NCBI GenBank assembly: GCA_012862495.1
Contig: BLSG01000422.1
Span: 83,884 to 119,329 of the forward strand
Reading direction: 5' to 3'
Origin: Thraustochytrium aureum
Lineage: Eukaryota
Length of the DNA stretch: 35,446 bases
A program made the translations under genes and the position numbers. The notes under the pieces are model-generated. The model ran no database searches and was not told the origin of the DNA. It saw nothing but the letters and a program-made list of their open reading frames with translations. Positions 20,063 through 29,900 of this stretch are shown here, one piece after another; the stretch's first letter is position 1; each line of letters starts with the position of its first letter.

Positions 20063-20113
20063 CTCGCCGCGTCCGAGTCTGTGCCGTCTTGTGCGCCTTG
20101 GCCCTGGCAGACC

Positions 20114-20178
20114 CCGTGCCGTGCCGTGCCGTGTCGTGCCGTGCCGTGTCGTGTCGTGCAGTGTCGTGCAGTGCGGTG
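20114..20178. repeat. Pentanucleotide repeat (CCGTG/TCGTG/CAGTG)n
   Basis: About 13 tandem units in the divergent intergenic region. Confidence 0.85.
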
Positions 20179-20587
20179 CTGCTCTCGTTGGGGGTCTGCT
20201 CGGACGCCGCCATTGCGCCAGACCGCGAACGAGGAGCTATAACGCTCGCGCTCCGAGGGCCCGTCGGAGCTGTGCTGCGCTGCGCTGGGCTGCGCGCCCC
20301 TGCAAGGCGCGGCCGTCCAAGAGGCTCGCGGTCGGGGCCCGTGCGGCAGGCAGGCTGCTTGCTCTCGACGCGTTGGCAGAGACCCGCTTGCGCGCAGAGG
20401 GTCGGCCGTTCGTGGCCTTGGACCGAGCGCGCGGGCCTCGACACGAGGAGGCCGAGGACGCTGGCTGCCAGCACGCTGCGGTTGTGCTTGTAGAGAAAGC
20501 AGGTCGGCTAGTAGCGCAAAGGTCGCGGCGGGCCCTGCAGGCAGGCAGCCCCCCTGCCCAGGCGCGCCACGGGCGGGCCCTGGCGAC

Positions 20588-21478
20588 ATGGACGGCCGCG
20601 GCGGCCTGCAGCTCGTTGAACAATGCAAGCGACTAGCGAATGAAAAGCGTCGCTTGCTAGAACGGCTGCACGCGTCCAGCTCTGGCGAGAAGGCGCTACG
20701 TGAAGCCGTTGCGGGCCTCACGCGGCGGGTGCGCATCCAGGAGCGAGAGATCGAACTTCTTCGCGACGAGCTTGCGACCGCAACAGAGACGCGCGGCCAA
20801 GCCGAACGGGGCGAGGCGTACGCAAACAAACAGCTCACCCGCGTGCAGCGGTCGCGCAAGGCCGTCGAGGGGGCAGCCCTCGGGCTGCATGACCGAGCCA
20901 CCTCGGCAGAACAGCTACTAGAGAGCGCCGAAGCTCGAAAGGACCGCGAGTTGCGGCGCATCGTTAGCAACTTTCGCACGCGCGAGAAGGAGTTTGCAGA
21001 GCGTCTTGCGATGTCCCGGGAGGAGGGCGAGACGGCATGTGCAGAGGCCTCCTTCGCGCGGGGACAGCTCGACGAGCTGGCTCTTGCGCCTTGGCGAGAG
21101 CTGCGTCAGAGCGTCGAGGCCTTGTACGAAGGCTCGCGCCGCCCACTCGAAGAGGCCGACCGTATCGTTCGAGCTGCGGAAGACCGCGCAGCAGCAGCAG
21201 AGCGCAGGCAGGCCAAAGCGCAAGAAACGTTGTGCCTCGTGCGGCAGCAGCTCGAGTTTTCAAGCCTCGAGCTTGCGAAACAGAGGGCGGCAGAGCTTTC
21301 CAAGCAGGACGAGATGGACCGGCTTCGTGACGACGCTGCACGAGCGTGCACAGACGCAGCCGACTTGGCTGAGCAGAATGCCTACCTCCGCGATGAGCTG
21401 GAGCGGCAGACGTCCAAGGCCCGCGACTTGGAGCGCCAGTTGCGCCTGATGTTTCTCGGCGCCGACCCGCTCGTCTAG
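20588..21478 (+). CDS. Coiled-coil protein of unknown function, 296 aa
   Basis: Intact ATG-TAG ORF rich in E/R/A/L with heptad periodicity. Confidence 0.7.
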   Translation: MDGRGGLQLVEQCKRLANEKRRLLERLHASSSGEKALREAVAGLTRRVRIQEREIELLRDELATATETRGQAERGEAYANKQLTRVQRSRKAVEGAALGLHDRATSAEQLLESAEARKDRELRRIVSNFRTREKEFAERLAMSREEGETACAEASFARGQLDELALAPWRELRQSVEALYEGSRRPLEEADRIVRAAEDRAAAAERRQAKAQETLCLVRQQLEFSSLELAKQRAAELSKQDEMDRLRDDAARACTDAADLAEQNAYLRDELERQTSKARDLERQLRLMFLGADPLV

Positions 21479-22045
21479 AGCTCGAGCTCTCTGGCATTGT
21501 ATCCTACGCGCGGGTTTTCCTTGCTACGGCTTCCCGTCCTTTATTTGCAAGGCATCACGTATTTGGAAGGCNNNNNNNNNNNNNNNNNNNNNNNNNNNNN
21601 NNNNNNNNNNNNNNNNNNNNNNNNNNNNNNNNNNNNNNNNNNNNNNNNNNNNNNNNNNNNNNNNNNNNNNNNNNNNNNNNNNNNNNNNNNNAACGGCGTG
21701 CTCACAGCTGGCATCGGGGCTCTCTCTCTACGCGCACCGGGCTTGGCAGCGTCTTGATGCGTGCAGACGGCTCGGCGCCGCAGGCGTCGTTTTGATCGAT
21801 CGACGCATCGATGGTCCGTCGCGAAGGTTTTCATCTTCATGTCCTGTCACCTTTTTCTCGAGTTCCAACTCGCCAAGTGGACACGCAAAAATGGGTGGCA
21901 GGCCAACCAGCATTCTCGTGGCGAGCGCGAACGGGGCAGACGCCTATCCTCCGAGTCGCCAGAGCGCTCGAGGCAGCGTTGCGGCTGCGTTGCGGCTGGC
22001 GGGCGGGCGCGGCAGGGCGCGGGGGAGAGGCCCGAGGACTCTTAG

Positions 22046-22198
22046 GTAAGTTGGGCTGGTGAAGCGGATGCCCGGGGATCGGGCGGCTGCGGGTACATGA
22101 TGGTGCAAAAAACTAGTTAGATGTCAGAAGGCCGAGTCGCGGATTCTCCGTCGCGAAGCCCAAAAGAGAGACAACCGAACGCGCTGATACCTGCACAG
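22046..22198 (+). other. Putative 5'-UTR intron of the BMT5-like gene
   Basis: AG|GTAAGT donor, GCTGAT branch-like site and GCACAG acceptor upstream of ATG 22286. Confidence 0.4.
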
Positions 22199-22285
22199 GC
22201 GCCTGCCTCGCCATAGCGGCGATTGCGCCCTGGCCACCCGACACTGACAGCCTCGCACAACCCGCAGTCCTTCCAAGGGTGGGAA

Positions 22286-23780
22286 ATGGCCGCCGTGCCT
22301 TCACAGGATGCGCAGCGCATTCCTGTAGACGACGATGCGGTTCGCGACACGACCGATCTCTGGGCGCTGTCCGAAACAGCACTTTGCGCACTAAAACGCT
22401 GCATTCCCTGCTCGTACAAGCTTCTCGTGAACGCCCCAAGTGTTGTGGACGGAGAAAAGCTGTCTCCGCCCTGCCACAAGAACGTCCGGCCAGAGCTTTG
22501 CCCGCGCCAAGACCTGTCGCTCGCACGCCGCATTGAGGCCGCGCAGGCTGCTGCAAGGGAGCGGGCTGCTGAGAAAGCAAATGCGGCCAAGAAGGCGACC
22601 AAGGACAGCGACGACGAGGACGAGGGCGGGCAGGAGAAGAGCGAGGCCGAAGAAGATGGCGAGAAGAGCGAGGACGAGGACGGGCAGGAGAAGAGCGAGG
22701 CCGAGGAAGATGGCGAGAAGAATGGCGCCCCCGCCGTCGCCGCTAAGTCGCGAACCAAAGTGCCACCCGCCACTTCATCGTCAGGCGATGCAGACCAGAA
22801 GGCCTCTGGCAAGGAAGAGGAGGTGCCACACGCTCGCGCGGGCCTCTACTCCGAGAAAGACAGAATCCTGGTCGTTGGTGACGGGGACTTTACGTTCTCA
22901 CTGGCTCTTGCAACTGCTCTGGGCCCGAACGCGCACATCGTATGCACGTCATACCAGTCCGGCAAGGAAGTGCGTGAGATCTACAGCGAGGCAGACACGA
23001 CGTTACAGTCCCTTGTCAGCATTCCCACGCGTCACAGTTCAGCACGGCGTGGACGCCGTTCGGCTCGTCGAAACGCTCGACGAGGCGGCTGCCTCGGGGG
23101 ACAAGTTCACGCGGATCCTCTTCAACTTTCCGTGCATCCCGGACGACGTCGGCAAGGACGGCCAAGCAGACCAGATCGAAGCCAATCAAGCCCTGGTACG
23201 TGGGTTCCTCCTAGGCGCCGGCGCGCTGCTCGCCGATGGTGGTGAGGCACATGTGACGCACAAGACTCGGGCGCCGTTCGGCTGGTGGGGCATTTCTGGC
23301 CTCTGCCCTGCGGCTTCTGGCTGTGCGTTCACGCGCGCAGTGGTCTTTGATCGCTCTGCCTTTCCGCTCTACATTCCGCGCAAGGTGGGCGAAAACAAGT
23401 CCTTTCCTGTTTTCGACGCCGTCACATACTGCTTTCGCAAGACCGCGGCGCCCGTGACGAGCGCGCAACTCGAGCCCGGGGTCGAGGCTGCGGAAGCCGC
23501 TACGACGCACATGTCGCCAGACCTCGTCGCCAAGTACTCGCTGGTCAAGCTCACCGAGCGCAGACTGATGCAAGTCGTTGCACTCTTGCAGCTGGCGACT
23601 TCTTCTCCCGTCGCTGCGCACTTGGTCAGCAAAAAGCGGCCGCGGACGGACTTTTCGCGCGGGCCGGCCCCAGCTGAAAACAAGCGCCAAAAGGGCAAAA
23701 GGGCAAAAAGGGCGCACAGAAGCGCAAGGGGAAGCGGTGACTGCGCAATTCTCTCACCGATGCATGCATCCAGAGAGTGA
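22286..23780 (+). CDS. BMT5/DUF2431-family SAM-dependent rRNA (uridine-N3) methyltransferase-like protein (one frameshift at ~23011)
   Basis: Motifs ILVVGDGDFTFSLAL, CTSY, VQHGVDA, FTRILFNFPC, NQALVRGFL and HVTHK. Removing one C from TCCCTTG joins the two ORFs. A 54-nt acidic duplication (GQEKSEAEEDGEK x2) lies at 22628-22720. Confidence 0.85.
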
Positions 23781-23867
23781 AACGTATTCATGTCAATCGA
23801 AACCAAAAACGAGTTTGTACAGGGAACCGGGTGCTTGGCGGATGAGCTGCAATTGGGCGCGAAGCGG

Positions 23868-24377
23868 CTAGCCCTGGCCAGCTGCGGAGATGCGCGGCAT
23901 GTCGTGGTGCTCCGAGAGCTTGGACAGCTTCTCGTTGAACTCCTGCACAGTTGGAAGCGGAGGTTAGAACGCGCCTTGCTCGTGCGGCCCTGGCCTCGTC
24001 TGACAAGCCACCCACTTACGTCGATTTTCTCGCGGTGCGTCTTTGAAATCATCTTCTTGATCTGCTCGCCTTCGCGCTTTCGCTTGGCCAGCTCAAACTT
24101 GCGCTGGGCGGGCGTCAGCCCAGCGAGGAACACCTCGTCGTCGTCCACCGCTTCCTGCCGGAGGTGTCTGTCTTCTGCGCCTTCCGCGTCGTTCGCGGCG
24201 CCGTCCCCGCTCTTCTCCGTGCGCGCCTCAACCGCCTCTCGGCCTGCGCCCTCTGCACGGGACTCGGCTGTCCGCGTGGCGCCCTTGGTGGCCGCCTTGC
24301 GGTCCCGCTTGGCCTTCTTGGCCAACTTTTTCCGCTTCCAACTTGCGCAGGAGCTTCTCCGTGGCGCCGCCGGCGCT
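23868..24377 (-). CDS. FAM32A: FAM32A/DUF1754-family protein (spliceosome-associated), 5' end in gap; intron 23943-24019
   Basis: The spliced product reads LTPAQRKFE..KTHREKID|EFNEKLSKLSEHHDMPRISAAGQG*, which matches the family C-terminus, and the N-terminus is Lys-rich. Confidence 0.88.
23943..24019 (-). other. 77-nt spliceosomal intron
   Basis: GTAAGT donor, CTAAC branch point and TGCAG acceptor. Removal restores the conserved FAM32A motif. Confidence 0.92.
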
Positions 24378-24774
24378 NNNNNNNNNNNNNNNNNNNNNNN
24401 NNNNNNNNNNNNNNNNNNNNNNNNNNNNNNNNNNNNNNNNNNNNNNNNNNNNNNNNNNNNNNNNNNNNNNNNNNNNNNNNNNNNNNNNNNNNNNNNNNNN
24501 NNNNNNNNNNNNNNNNNNNNNNNNNNNNNNNNNNNNNNNNNNNNNNCGCACTCGTTCGCGCTCTGCGCCTTCTCCATCACTTTTGATTGACTGATTTCAA
24601 CAACGATCACTTCTTTTATTCTTTGAGTTGTGCATTGTTTTTCGAAGGAACAGCGCGAGCGCTCACGAGCAAAGAAGAGGTCGCCGAATAGGTCCGTTAG
24701 GTCCGTTTTTTCGGCGGGCGGAGGGGCGGCTGGCCTCCGCGGTGCTGCGGCTGCGCGGCGCTGGAGGCTCGGCT

Positions 24775-24897
24775 TGGTTTGTGCGCCGGTTTGGTCTGGG
24801 TTTGTGCGGGGTTTATGCGAGGTTTTGGTTTGCTTGGTGCGAGGTTTTGGCGCGGGTTTTGGAGGGACTTGGGTGGTTTGGTTTGTTGCTGGTTTGG
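24775..24897. repeat. GGTTT-rich low-complexity repeat (AAACC on the minus strand)
   Basis: Many GGTTT/GGTTTT units in the divergent intergenic region. Confidence 0.7.
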
Positions 24898-25215
24898 CGC
24901 GGAGTTAAGGAGATTGCGCAGAAAAGATTTGTAAAAAGGTTGACATGTTGAGGATGCGGTTTAATTCTTGGTCGGGCAACTCCATGTCGATGAGCTGCAG
25001 TCCGCTGTCGGCGCGGAGCTGCAGAGCGCGGTACGAAGTACACTTGGCTGACGGCAGGCAGGCTGGAAGGCTGGCCGACGTACCGCTTGAGGGACAAATA
25101 CCTAGCTGCGCTGCACGCGCGCTCGCGACGACGCCCCGCAGGACGCCTGACGACGAGCAGCTGGACGCCGACGAGCAGGTTGGCTGCACGCGTTTAGGCC
25201 GGGCACGGGCGCAAG

Positions 25216-26012
25216 ATGGACGTCGAAGAGACAGCCATCGCGGACTTTCTCAACATCCTCGAGGAGCACCGAAAGAACTGCGAGCGGCAAGGGTCGTATA
25301 TTGAGGCGGAGATCGCTCGAAGCCGGCTTGAAGAACTTCGCGTCCATGAAGTCAACCGCCGGCGCGAGCAGATGCGCTCGCGCATGCTGAGCGAGCGCCT
25401 CGCGCTCGAAGAGTCGCACATGCTCGAGTTTCAGCAATTCAACATCTGCTGGGACAAAAAGATGCGCGAGTACGAGCAGCACGCGCAAGAGCTCACTCAA
25501 GCCATCAAAGAAAGGCACGCGCAAGAGCTCACGGAGTGGCAAAAGCAGATGATTGCACAGTCGCAGAAAAAGATCAAGTTCTCCAAGGAGCTGCTCAACT
25601 TGCGCCGCATTCAGGAGTGCCTCGCCAAGCAGAAGGACTACCAGCAAGCGGCGCTCATGAAGGCACGCGCCGACAACTTGGAGGCGTGGGAGCTCGAGAA
25701 GTTGGGCAACCGCAAGCAGCAGGACCTGTACTTGAAAGAGCAGCGGTTCAAAGAGCGCCAGAAGAACGAGTACCAGGCCCTCATGAAGCGGATCCAGACA
25801 GGGCGCGAGGAGCAGAAGAAGCAGCGTCAACTGGACCTCGAAAGGCTGTTGCAGCGGTACCAGAACGTTAAATCTGAGCTTGAGGCGCAGCAAAACCTTG
25901 AGCGCATTCGGATGGACAAGTATGCGGGTCAGTCATCGGTGACGATGGGCTTTCGCTCAGGCACGTCCAACGCAGGAGTCGTGCGCAAAGGTTCTGCAAA
26001 GACAAAAAATAG
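25216..26012 (+). CDS. Conserved-looking coiled-coil protein (UVR-like YxxAA motifs; possibly cilia-associated)
   Basis: DFLNILEEHRKNCERQGSYIEAEIA, KFSKELLNLRRIQECLAKQKDYQQA and LERLLQRYQNVKSEL. The true stop is probably TAG 26010-26012, missed because of a 1-nt deletion in the A run; the extension to 26358 looks non-coding. Confidence 0.75.
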
Positions 26013-26455
26013 GTTGTCATTCAGAATTTTCACTTGCTGTTCGGGCACATTTGGGGCTGGACTGGCGCGCTCTAGCGCGCGGCGTCCGAAGCGCGCGGCG
26101 TCCAAAGTGCGCAGAGAGGTGCTTGGTTGGGTTGGGGCCGCCTGGAGGGCGGCGCGATCACTTTTCAGTCTTCTCGTGTTCTTCTCCTCTCTAAAGCAAG
26201 AGCAGAAGCACCCTCTCGTTCACGTCAACGCGCCCGTTCAACGCGCATCGTCAACGTGCCTCGTCAACGCGCCTGGCCAACGTTCCTGGTCGACGTTCCT
26301 GGACCCGGTGTCCCATTTTCTATTCAAACCACACAATCCATTTCACACTTGCTGCTAGGCTGTCCTCGGGCCCAACGTGTGGCGCGACAGCTGTCGCAGC
26401 GAGGGCGGCCCGCCCGCCCTCGAAAACCCAGGCGCAAACGGCTTCGCGACAACAA

Positions 26456-29367
26456 CTAGGTCATTTCGAATCCGATTCCATGGTCGCAAGCCATCAAAAG
26501 CTTTTCGCGCATCTCCTCCTCGCTTTCGTAAGGGGGCAGAACTGCGCCGCCCGTCTCTGCTGTTAGTAATCCCGGCCAAGGCTCGGCTGTCGCGCTCGCG
26601 CCTCTCGCGCCTCTCGCGCTGTCGAGGCCGAACGAACTTACCGAGCTGATTGAAGCACGTGTGCGCCGTGGGAAGGGCGCCGCGCCCGTACTCTGACTTT
26701 GTAATTGTAAACGGCTGAAACGGCGGGAAGCCGTCCAGCGGCATCCTGTCGCAGCCTGTCGCGAACCGCAATACCTTGGCGCGCTCCTGGTGGGTGAGGG
26801 ACGCCATGACGCTCCAAAACCTCGCAACGACCGCCGATTCTTCGTCGTATCCACCCGTGTACTTGATGCACCCGGAGCGCAAGTCGTCCACGTCCACGTT
26901 TGGCTTGCCATTGAGCAACATGGAGAGCTCGGTGACCGTGAACGCAGCGATCGTGGTCGCCGGCGTGACGTCCCAGAGTCCCTCAAGCAAGCTGCGGAGC
27001 TGCTTGCGGAAGGCGCCGCTAAAGTGCCAGCGGACGACAGACTGCACATACCTTTCCTTGTTGTCTTCCGTGACCTCCTTCCGCGAGCCGCGCTCACACA
27101 ATTCGACCTCGCGGCGCCTCCCAAACTCCTCCACGGTCACCGTAAAGGTTTCTTCGATCACGCCCGTGATGTCGTTGTCGAGCATCCACTGCAAGCTCCT
27201 GGCCAGAATCGGGTCCACCTGCTCCAAGTCTTCGAGCGACGGCTGCATGCCCTGCATCTGTTTGAGCAAGCCCGCACAGAGAGGTGCATTCACGAGCTGC
27301 TGGTCGTACAGCGCCTTGCCGCAAACCCGGCCAAATGCGCGAAAGTACGCGTTTGCCTCAGGCTGCAGGCTGGACCGTGGGTCGATTGTGTACTCGCCCG
27401 ACTCGCAGCGCCGAAAAAGGCACCAGTCCGGCTGTAAAACTGCCAAGGAAAACTCTAGAAACCAGTCCTTGGACAGCCCGCCGCTGTCGATGCCCGACTC
27501 GCCTTCGTAAACGACGTGCAATTTATGCCCAAAAGCTTCCGTGTCGCACCGCTCGAGGCGCATCATCGAGTCCGCCACAAGGTGCGTTCGCCGCACGCTG
27601 ACACGCAGCCCCGGCGTGTTGGTCTGCGCAGCGGCGCCCGCCTTGGACTTGTGATGCCCGTGCAACTCGTGCAGGAAGCGAAACCGCTTCTTGCGAAACA
27701 CGCGCCACATTCGATCCTGCACGGATTCTGACCCCGCCATGGGGTTGTCCGTGGCGCCTGGGTGGTCCCACTGGTTTGCACCTGTCAAGACGTTGTAGTA
27801 GAACATCTCCTCCGAGCGCGGGTCCCAGTACTCCTTCCACCCCGGCGGCAGGTCGACGAGACCTTCGGGGCTTGCCATGAGCTCCTCCCGGTATTCGTAG
27901 ACTGTTTCTTCCATGTCCTCCGCGAGCGCGGCAAGCTCCTCTTGGAGCTTGGCTTGGGCCCGCTCGCTCTCCTCCTCCACGGTCAGCGTGCGAACGCGAA
28001 TCGCGCTGCTCGGCTTGCTTTTGCCCACGGCATTTACAGCCAATATTCGGAACACGTACTGCGTCCCAGGGGTGAGCTCCATGGCCTCTGGCGCAAGGAG
28101 GCCTGGCGCGACGCCAGCGCCAAAGGCGACGCCCAAGTCCGATCCCCGATAGAAGAGAACCTCTGCGTCTCCTTGGGCGGAATCGGCGGCATCGGCCGCG
28201 TCAATCGCATCTGCATTGCTAGGTGGTGAAGCATCTATCGCGCGGCCCAAAATGTTGTACGCAGTGACCTGAGCCCCGCCGTCGTGCGGCGGTTCTGCCC
28301 AACTCAGGGCGATTATGCTCGAGGTTACCTCTCCCTCGACTATGGGGGGGCCGCATTTGCGCTGGCGCCGCCAGTGGCATGGTGAACTCGCGCTCTTTGC
28401 TTTCAAAGTTGCTGTTGTACCGTTTGTCCCCGCGACTCAGTCCCATGGCGCACTCGATGCGAAACGAGTACCTCGCACCTGGCGCCAGCGGACGGAACCG
28501 CTCCACCCCGCGCCCAGCGAGCAAGGACGCCATTGTGCACCCCACTTGGCAGGCAGTGTCGCGTCCAGAATACAACTCGTGATCACTGTCCGCGATTAGG
28601 AAGCCGACAGGGGCAGCGACGCGCGACCCGCATCGCCGCACAATTAGTTTGTAGAACAATACTTGGCCGAACGTCTTGACAGACGGGTCGGGCACCCACT
28701 CCACGCGCGCTTGGAACGGCTCGCCTTCTACTGCGGCAACCGCAGGGGCCGGGAGCCACTTGGAGAGTGGCAAATAGGGGTCGCTTGGTATGCTCCAGTT
28801 GCCCCAGCCAACCGAGTGCTTTCCTCGGACGCGAAACGCAAGAGCCGGGCAGTCCTCCCTTAGACCGCCAAGGTATACTGTACGCTTATCATGGTCGACG
28901 ACTGCTTGCGGTATCCGGTTCCACTCGCTGCCGGTGCAAACAAACGAGATGGTTTCGTCTGGCGAGCTCTCCAGCGACCCGCACAACTCGACCTGCTCGT
29001 CTGCGCCAACCTCTGGCATAACCTGCACGACAAAGTGCTGGATCTGCTTTTCCGCGCCCTGGTACAGCATCTCCCACTTTGCGGTGATGGAAAACGTTGT
29101 CGCAAGCTCGAGAGCGACGGGCTGGATCCGCATTTCTTCCAGAATGCGCTCTTTCGTCTTGAGCTTGCGCAGCTCCGCCTCCGTCAGCTTGGGATGATCC
29201 GTCTGCCTCTGCGCCGCATTCCGCTCTGCAATATCCGCCACTCTATTCCTTATCACCTCTGTCAGATCGCCCCGGTCGCCGCTCCGGTCGTCGCTGCTCG
29301 CAAGTCGATCATTCGACGTCGGCGTGCTGGCGACGTACTTTCTCGCAGTTGCCGCCGCGGCTCCCAT
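26456..29367 (-). CDS. HECT E3 ubiquitin ligase with FN3 repeats and a WW domain (frameshift at G7 run 28344-28350; intron 26542-26641)
   Basis: FN3 motifs (FRVRG..GWGNWS, LAPGARYSFRI, LSWAEPPHDGGAQVTAY..LTPGTQYVFRILAVNAVGKS), WW domain LPPGWKEYWD..FYYN..QWDHP, HECT motifs YEGESGIDSGGLSKDWF and LRFATG, and catalytic LPTAHTCFNQL|VLPPYESEEEMREKL. Confidence 0.92.
26542..26641 (-). other. 100-nt spliceosomal intron
   Basis: GTAAGT donor, TACTAAC branch point and CGCAG acceptor. Splicing gives HTCFNQLVLPPY. Confidence 0.92.
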
Positions 29368-29900
29368 CCCCAGTCGGTCGGCTCGGCCCCAGCAGACGCG
29401 GCCGAGCCGATTCTTTCCAATGCTCTGCACGGTCCTCTGCCAGCCCGCCGCTCAGGGCTCGTTGGGGTCCTGCCGCCGCGGATGTCCGGGACGCCCTCGG
29501 CGCCATCCTCGCCTGCATCTTGTTGCTATCTACAGAGCCGATAAGGCCGTTGAACGCACTCCCTCGGAGTCGCTCGATGCTCGTTCGTGCGTTGGCCGCC
29601 CAGCGCGACCGCAGGGCTCGCAGCCGAGCTGAAGCAGCGCGAGCCGCAGGAGGCCCCGAGGAGGCGCGAGCGAGCGCCGCCCGGGGAGGCGCTGTGCGGG
29701 GACCGCCAAAAAGACGCCTCGCGACCTCGCGCAAAGCGAGCTGCAGCAGACTCTGCGCTCGCGGCGCACAGTGCCAGTCTGAGGCTGCGGTCGAGGCCTG
29801 CCGCAAGGCTGCCCCAAGGCGCTCGATACCGAGCCTTGCCGAGCGTGCCTGGCGCTGGCCGCGCTGGGCCGGCCGCGCGCTCTAGCTAGCAAACACTACG

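Noticed and set aside
18404..23780. Pseudogene status for the frameshifted genes
   Set aside because: Motifs are intact, there are no in-frame nonsense codons after single-base correction, and the indels sit in homopolymer runs.
24775..24897. GGTTT tract as an interstitial telomere
   Set aside because: It has no regular TTAGGG or TTTAGGG units and is too degenerate.
26013..26358. C-terminal extension of the 380-aa ORF
   Set aside because: The composition turns UTR-like and includes short GTCAACG repeats. One added A in the run gives a stop at 26010.
26355..26641. Unspliced HECT C-terminus (GKFVRPRQRE...)
   Set aside because: It is intron read-through; splicing restores the canonical LPPY end.
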